Source: a virus (lineage: Duplodnaviria > Heunggongvirae > Uroviricota > Caudoviricetes). From it: a DNA stretch of 24,281 nt. Below the pieces are notes generated by a model, which searched no databases, was not told the DNA's origin, and saw only the letters and a program-made list of their open reading frames with translations. Each line of letters opens with the position of its first letter. The stretch's first letter is position 1. A program made the translations under genes and the position numbers. The DNA is taken from the IMG/VR virus record IMGVR_UViG_2675903394_000002, positions 1 through 24,281 of that record, one strand, 5' to 3'. Below are positions 19,437 through 24,281 of this stretch, piece after piece.

Positions 19437-19511
19437 TCCCCTTTCCTGTTTTCCTAATCAGCCTGGCATTTCGCGGGCGATATTTTCACAGCCATTTTCA
19501 GGAGGTCAGCC

Positions 19512-19808
19512 ATGAACGCTTATTACATTCAGGATCGTCTTGAGGCTCAGAGCTGGGCGCGTCACTACCAGCAGATCGCCCGTGAAGAGAAAGAGGCAGA
19601 ACTGGCAGACGACATGGAAAAAGGCCTGCCCCAGCACCTGTTTGAATCGCTATGCATCGATCATTTGCAACGCCACGGGGCCAGCAAAAAAGCCATTACC
19701 CGTGCGTTTGATGACGATGTTGAGTTTCAGGAGCGCATGGCAGAACACATCCAGTACATGGTTGAAACCATTGCTCACCACCAGGTTGATATTGATTCAG
19801 AGGTATAA
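19512..19808 (+). CDS. gam: Gam, host RecBCD nuclease inhibitor (short GamS form, 98 aa)
   Basis: [60 protein letters not shown]... matches lambda Gam from its internal Met. Confidence 0.9.
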   Translation: MNAYYIQDRLEAQSWARHYQQIAREEKEAELADDMEKGLPQHLFESLCIDHLQRHGASKKAITRAFDDDVEFQERMAEHIQYMVETIAHHQVDIDSEV

Positions 19809-19813
19809 AACGG

Positions 19814-20599
19814 ATGAGTACAGCACTCGCAACGCTGGCAGGGAAGCTGGCTGAACGTGTCGGCATGGATTCTGTCGACCCACAGGAACTGATCACCACT
19901 CTTCGCCAGACGGCATTTAAAGGTGATGCCAGCGATGCGCAGTTCATCGCATTGTTGATCGTCGCCAACCAGTACGGCCTTAATCCGTGGACGAAAGAAA
20001 TTTACGCCTTCCCTGATAAGCAGAACGGCATCGTTCCGGTGGTGGGCGTTGATGGCTGGTCCCGCATCATCAATGAAAACCAGCAGTTTGATGGCATGGA
20101 CTTTGAGCAGGACAATGAATCCTGTACATGCCGGATTTACCGCAAGGACCGTAATCATCCGATCTGCGTTACCGAATGGATGGATGAATGCCGCCGCGAA
20201 CCATTCAAAACTCGCGAAGGCAGAGAAATCACGGGGCCGTGGCAGTCGCATCCCAAACGGATGTTACGGCATAAAGCCATGATTCAGTGTGCCCGTCTGG
20301 CCTTCGGATTTGCTGGTATCTATGACAAGGATGAAGCCGAGCGCATTGTCGAAAATACTGCATACACTGCAGAACGTCAGCCAGAACGCGACATCACTCC
20401 GGTTAACGATGAAACCATGCAGGAGATTAACACTCTGCTGATCGCCCTGGATAAAACATGGGATGACGACTTATTGCCGCTCTGTTCCCAGATATTTCGC
20501 CGCGACATTCGCGCATCGTCAGAACTGACACAGGCCGAAGCAGTGAAAGCTCTTGGATTCCTGAAACAGAAAGCCACTGAGCAGAAGGTGGCAGCATGA
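19814..20599 (+). CDS. bet: Bet (Red-beta) single-strand annealing recombinase (261 aa)
   Basis: [66 protein letters not shown]... is colinear with lambda Bet. Confidence 0.95.
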   Translation: MSTALATLAGKLAERVGMDSVDPQELITTLRQTAFKGDASDAQFIALLIVANQYGLNPWTKEIYAFPDKQNGIVPVVGVDGWSRIINENQQFDGMDFEQDNESCTCRIYRKDRNHPICVTEWMDECRREPFKTREGREITGPWQSHPKRMLRHKAMIQCARLAFGFAGIYDKDEAERIVENTAYTAERQPERDITPVNDETMQEINTLLIALDKTWDDDLLPLCSQIFRRDIRASSELTQAEAVKALGFLKQKATEQKVAA

Positions 20600-21276
20600 C
20601 ACCGGACATTATCCTGCAGCGTACCGGGATCGACGTGAGAGCTGTCGAACAGGGGGATGATGCATGGCACAAATTACGGCTCGGCGTCATCACCGCTTCA
20701 GAAGTTCACAACGTGATAGCAAAGCCCCGCTCAGGAAAGAAGTGGCCTGACATGAAAATGTCCTACTTCCACACCCTGCTGGCTGAGGTTTGCACCGGTG
20801 TGGCTCCGGAAGTTAATGCTAAGGCGCTGGCCTGGGGAAAACAGTACGAGAACGACGCCAGAACCCTGTTTGAATTCACTTCCGGCGTGAATGTTACTGA
20901 ATCCCCGATCATCTATCGCGACGAAAGTATGCGCACCGCCTGCTCTCCCGATGGTTTATGCAGTGACGGCAACGGCCTTGAACTGAAATGCCCGTTTACC
21001 TCCCGGGATTTCATGAAGTTCCGGCTCGGTGGTTTCGAGACCATAAAATCGGCTTACATGGCCCAGGTGCAGTACAGCATGTGGGTGACGCGAAAAGATG
21101 CCTGGTACTTTGCCAACTATGACCCGCGTATGAAGCGTGAAGGCCTGCATTATGTCGTGATTGAGCGGAATGAAAAGTACATGGCGAATTTTGACGAGAT
21201 GGTGCCGGAGTTCATCGAAAAAATGGACGTGGCACTGGCTGAAATTGGTTTTGTATTTGGGGAGCAATGGCGATGA
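20596..21276 (+). CDS. exo: Lambda exonuclease Exo (Red-alpha, 226 aa)
   Basis: [65 protein letters not shown]... is colinear with lambda Exo; start overlaps the bet stop. Confidence 0.95.
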   Translation: MTPDIILQRTGIDVRAVEQGDDAWHKLRLGVITASEVHNVIAKPRSGKKWPDMKMSYFHTLLAEVCTGVAPEVNAKALAWGKQYENDARTLFEFTSGVNVTESPIIYRDESMRTACSPDGLCSDGNGLELKCPFTSRDFMKFRLGGFETIKSAYMAQVQYSMWVTRKDAWYFANYDPRMKREGLHYVVIERNEKYMANFDEMVPEFIEKMDVALAEIGFVFGEQWR

Positions 21277-21434
21277 AGCATCCTCACGATAATATCCGGG
21301 TAGGCGCGATCACTTTCATCTACTCCGTTACAAAGCGAGGCTGGGTATTTCCCGGCCTTTCTGTTATCAGAAATCCACTGAAAGCACAGCGGCTGGCTGA
21401 GGCGATAAATAATAAACGGGGGCTGTATGACTGA
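21273..21434 (+). CDS. Small hypothetical protein (53 aa, [53 protein letters not shown])
   Basis: Manual translation. The ATG overlaps the exo stop and the stop overlaps the start of the next gene (coupled arrangement). Below the ORF-track cutoff. Confidence 0.4.
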   Translation: MKHPHDNIRVGAITFIYSVTKRGWVFPGLSVIRNPLKAQRLAEAINNKRGLYD

Positions 21435-21984
21435 TTTCACCGGAAGCAATACTCCTGCCGAACATCGCGACAGCTGGCGCACACCACCAGAGATTTTTGC
21501 TGCGCTTAATGCAGAGTTCGTTTTTCAACTTGATGCTGCCGCCAGCGAAAAAAACCGACTATGTCGGCTTTTTATCTCACAGGAGCAGAACACATTAACC
21601 ACTTCATGGCCTGAAGCAATGGGATATGCCTCTGGTTATGTCTGGTTGAATCCACCATACAGCAATATTTCCCCTTTTGTGAAAAAGGCAGCCACTGAAA
21701 ACAAATTCAGTAGTGTGGGATGTGTAATGTTATTGCCTGCTGACACATCTGTCGGATGGTTTCATGAAGCGATACAAACCGCCAGTGAGGTCAGATTCAT
21801 CACGGCAGGACGACTGGCATTTATTAACCCACTCACTGAGAAACCCGTCAGTGGAAATAATAAAGGCTCGATGCTCATTATCTGGCACCCATACCCCCGT
21901 ACACACTGCCACTTTACGACCGTTGATCGTGGAGAGTTGATGGCGTTCGGCTCAAGGATTCTTGCCCGTCGGGAGGCTGCATGA
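21427..21984 (+). CDS. Phage orphan DNA N6-adenine methyltransferase (Dam-like, 185 aa)
   Basis: Catalytic NPPY motif (VWLNPPYSN) with an upstream SAM-binding-like region; typical size for a phage Dam-family methyltransferase with no adjacent restriction enzyme. Confidence 0.8.
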   Translation: MTDFTGSNTPAEHRDSWRTPPEIFAALNAEFVFQLDAAASEKNRLCRLFISQEQNTLTTSWPEAMGYASGYVWLNPPYSNISPFVKKAATENKFSSVGCVMLLPADTSVGWFHEAIQTASEVRFITAGRLAFINPLTEKPVSGNNKGSMLIIWHPYPRTHCHFTTVDRGELMAFGSRILARREAA

Positions 21985-22064
21985 CAACCACGGAATGCAT
22001 TTTTCTGGCAGCGGGCTTCATATTCTGTGTGCTTATGCTTGCCGATATGGGACTTGTTCAATGA
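21981..22064 (+). CDS. Possible hydrophobic micro-protein (27 aa, MTTTECIFLAAGFIFCVLMLADMGLVQ)
   Basis: Ribosome-binding site GGGAGG upstream of the ATG at 21981; the stop overlaps the next ATG (ATGA). A single predicted TM helix. Confidence 0.3.
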   Translation: MTTTECIFLAAGFIFCVLMLADMGLVQ

Positions 22065-22276
22065 CACCTCAGCAGGAAAACGCCCTTCGCAGCATTGCCC
22101 GTCAGGCTAATTCTGAAATCAAAAAAGCCAGACAGCAGTTTCCGGATAAAAACGTCGATGACATTTGCCGTAGCGTACTTAAGAAGCACCGCGAAACGGT
22201 AACGCTGATGGGATTCACACCGACTCATTTAAGCCTGGCGATCGGCATGTTAAACGGCGTCTTTAAGGAACGGTGA
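22061..22276 (+). CDS. Hypothetical protein (71 aa from MTPQQENALRSIARQANSEIKK...)
   Basis: Internal start of ORF-track entry 21962-22276; translationally coupled to the upstream micro-ORF. Confidence 0.5.
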   Translation: MTPQQENALRSIARQANSEIKKARQQFPDKNVDDICRSVLKKHRETVTLMGFTPTHLSLAIGMLNGVFKER

Positions 22277-22298
22277 ACATGAAAAGCAAAATCATCAG

Positions 22299-22319
22299 GG
22301 AGCTACAGGCTCCTTTTTT
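22299..22319 (+). terminator. Short hairpin (ggagc-tacag-gctcc) followed by TTTTTT; weak terminator or attenuator inside the early-left operon
   Basis: Seen directly; the 5-bp stem is short, so confidence is low. Confidence 0.3.
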
Positions 22320-22374
22320 ATTGTTCGCATTCATCCTCAAGCGTATTAACCAACAATTCAGGGATTAATGGAAG

Positions 22375-22593
22375 ATGGCAGACATCATTGATTCAGCATC
22401 AGAAATCGAAGAATTACAGCGCAATACAGCAATAAAAATGCGTCGTCAGAACTACCAGACTGTATCCGCAACTCATTGTTGTGAGTGTGGCGATCCGATA
22501 GATGAGCGAAGACGCCTGGCTGTTCAGGGTTGTCGGACTTGTGCAAGTTGCCAGGAGGAGATCGAACTTAAGAACAAACAATGGGGACTGTGA
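22375..22593 (+). CDS. TraR/DksA-family C4-type zinc-finger protein (72 aa)
   Basis: CxxC-n17-CxxC motif (CCECGDPIDERRRLAVQGCRTCASC) in a small acidic protein, typical of phage and plasmid TraR/DksA-like proteins. Confidence 0.8.
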   Translation: MADIIDSASEIEELQRNTAIKMRRQNYQTVSATHCCECGDPIDERRRLAVQGCRTCASCQEEIELKNKQWGL

Positions 22594-22640
22594 TGGCCTC
22601 AAAGCAGCAAATTTCAACATCGTCCAACTGAGGTGTAAAA

Positions 22641-22919
22641 ATGTTCAGAATCATTTTTCCTAACACCTGGTACGTCGACCACCACGGCACTCCCTGCAAA
22701 ATCCTGCGTTCTACCCACAACAAAGTTCACTACATCCGAAAAGGCAGAACATGTATCGCCAGCATGTTCCGCTTTAATCATGACTTTGAACCTGTGAATA
22801 AAGCTGATGCAGATCGGATAGCAGAAGAGATCGAAACGGCAGAACACATTAAGAAGTTACGTGACATGCGTTCAAAAAGCAGAGGTAACCATGGAATCAT
22901 ACAGCCTCACACTCGATGA
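22641..22919 (+). CDS. Hypothetical protein (92 aa)
   Basis: ORF-track entry upstream of xis; no family recognised. Confidence 0.4.
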   Translation: MFRIIFPNTWYVDHHGTPCKILRSTHNKVHYIRKGRTCIASMFRFNHDFEPVNKADADRIAEEIETAEHIKKLRDMRSKSRGNHGIIQPHTR

Positions 22920-23262
22920 GGCCTGTCAGTTTCTTAAGATATCCAGACCAACCGCCACCAACTGGATACGAACAGGCCGCCTACAGGCAACACGTAAAGA
23001 TCCAACCAAGCCAAAATCTCCTTACCTCACAACACGGCAAGCCTGCATTGCGGCGCTTCAGTCTCCGCTGCATACTGTCCAGGTGAGCGCGGGTGATGGC
23101 ATAACAGAGGAAAGAAAATGTCACTCTTCCGCAGAAATGAAATATGGTATGCCTCGTATTCGCTCCCGGGCGGGAAACGAATTAAGGAATCTCTTGGCAC
23201 AAAGGACAAGCGGCAAGCTCAGGAGTTGCACGACAAGCGAAAAGCAGAACTCTGGCGAGTAG
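22891..23262 (+). CDS. xis: Excisionase-like DNA-binding protein (HTH; about 124 aa if it runs to the stop at 23262)
   Basis: [31 protein letters not shown] is an excisionase/AlpA-type HTH; it lies immediately upstream of int and overlaps it by about 145 nt. Confidence 0.5.
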   Translation: MESYSLTLDEACQFLKISRPTATNWIRTGRLQATRKDPTKPKSPYLTTRQACIAALQSPLHTVQVSAGDGITEERKCHSSAEMKYGMPRIRSRAGNELRNLLAQRTSGKLRSCTTSEKQNSGE

Positions 23263-24281
23263 AAAAGCTAGGGGATTTACCTGATGTCACTTTTGAAGAG
23301 GCCTGCCTAAGATGGCTTGAGGAAAAAGCTGATAAAAAATCTCTCGATTCAGATAAAAGCCGGATTGAGTTCTGGCTTGAACATTTTGAGGGTATAAGGC
23401 TTAAAGATATCTCGGAGGCAAAGATTTACTCTGCTGTAAGCAGAATGCATAACAGAAAGACGAAAGAAATATGGAAACAGAAAGTTCAGGCCGCCATCAG
23501 GAAAGGTAAAGAACTGCCTGTTTATGAACCAAAGCCAGTATCAACTCAGACAAAGGCAAAGCATCTTGCCATGATAAAGGCCATTCTCCGTGCTGCAGAA
23601 CGCGACTGGAAGTGGCTGGAAAAAGCGCCTGTCATCAAGATACCAGCGGTCAGAAACAAGCGAGTCAGATGGCTGGAAAAGGAGGAAGCAAAACGCCTTA
23701 TTGATGAGTGCCCCGAACCACTGAAATCTGTCGTCAAGTTTGCGCTGGCAACTGGTCTGAGAAAGTCGAACATCATAAATCTGGAATGGCAACAAATCGA
23801 CATGCAGCGACGAGTTGCCTGGGTGAATCCAGAAGAGAGCAAATCAAACCGCGCCATTGGTGTGGCGCTGAACGATACCGCCTGTAAAGTGTTGCGTGAT
23901 CAAATAGGCAAGCATCACAAATGGGTGTTTGTACATACCAAGGCGGCTAAGCGAGCAGATGGAACATCAACGCCTGCGGTCAGGAAGATGCGCATCGACA
24001 GCAAGACATCATGGCTATCAGCTTGTCGTCGTGCAGGAATTGAAGATTTCCGTTTCCATGACCTCAGACACACCTGGGCAAGCTGGCTGATTCAGTCAGG
24101 CGTCCCATTATCAGTGCTTCAGGAAATGGGCGGATGGGAGTCCATAGAAATGGTTCGTAGGTATGCTCACCTTGCGCCTAATCATTTGACAGAGCATGCG
24201 AGGAAAATAGACGACATTTTTGGTGATAATGTCCCAAATATGTCCCACTCTGGAATTATGGAGGATATAAAGAAGGCGTAA
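23118..24281 (+). CDS. int: Tyrosine integrase (DLP12 IntD-like, 387 aa)
   Basis: [36 protein letters not shown]... with C-terminal catalytic residues (…[13 protein letters not shown]… …MVRRYAHL…); stop at the last three bases of the window. Confidence 0.95.
   Translation: MSLFRRNEIWYASYSLPGGKRIKESLGTKDKRQAQELHDKRKAELWRVEKLGDLPDVTFEEACLRWLEEKADKKSLDSDKSRIEFWLEHFEGIRLKDISEAKIYSAVSRMHNRKTKEIWKQKVQAAIRKGKELPVYEPKPVSTQTKAKHLAMIKAILRAAERDWKWLEKAPVIKIPAVRNKRVRWLEKEEAKRLIDECPEPLKSVVKFALATGLRKSNIINLEWQQIDMQRRVAWVNPEESKSNRAIGVALNDTACKVLRDQIGKHHKWVFVHTKAAKRADGTSTPAVRKMRIDSKTSWLSACRRAGIEDFRFHDLRHTWASWLIQSGVPLSVLQEMGGWESIEMVRRYAHLAPNHLTEHARKIDDIFGDNVPNMSHSGIMEDIKKA

Noticed and set aside
19696-20693. 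Minus-strand ORFs antisense to gam, bet and exo (19696-19968, 19775-20251, 20377-20670, 20427-20693)
   Set aside because: They are antisense to near-identical lambda recombination genes; these are artefactual frames.

Overview
The window is a near-complete lambdoid prophage read in inverted orientation (late genes on the minus strand at the left, tyrosine integrase on the plus strand at the right end). It is a mosaic: the packaging, recombination and replication genes are lambda-type (portal B partial, W, A, Nu1, an intact cos site, gam, bet, exo, O with ori iterons, P, ren), the lysis cassette is phage-21-type (pinholin, SAR endolysin, Rz with embedded Rz1), and the nin region and cargo island are DLP12-type (ybcN, ninE, ybcO, rusA, ylcG, Q, ybcM, ybcL, ybcK, emrE). 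The immunity region has a cI-like S24 repressor diverging from a Cro-like gene, with no recognisable N gene. The most interesting part is an AT-rich, oppositely oriented two-gene insertion between holin S and antiterminator Q (about 6911-8936). It encodes a 182-aa soluble protein and a 294-aa membrane protein whose C-terminus resembles a potassium-channel pore module with a degenerate selectivity filter. I propose this as a candidate undescribed prophage-encoded membrane-effector (possibly abortive-infection) system. All protein identifications are from my own recognition of the translated sequences; no database search was run.
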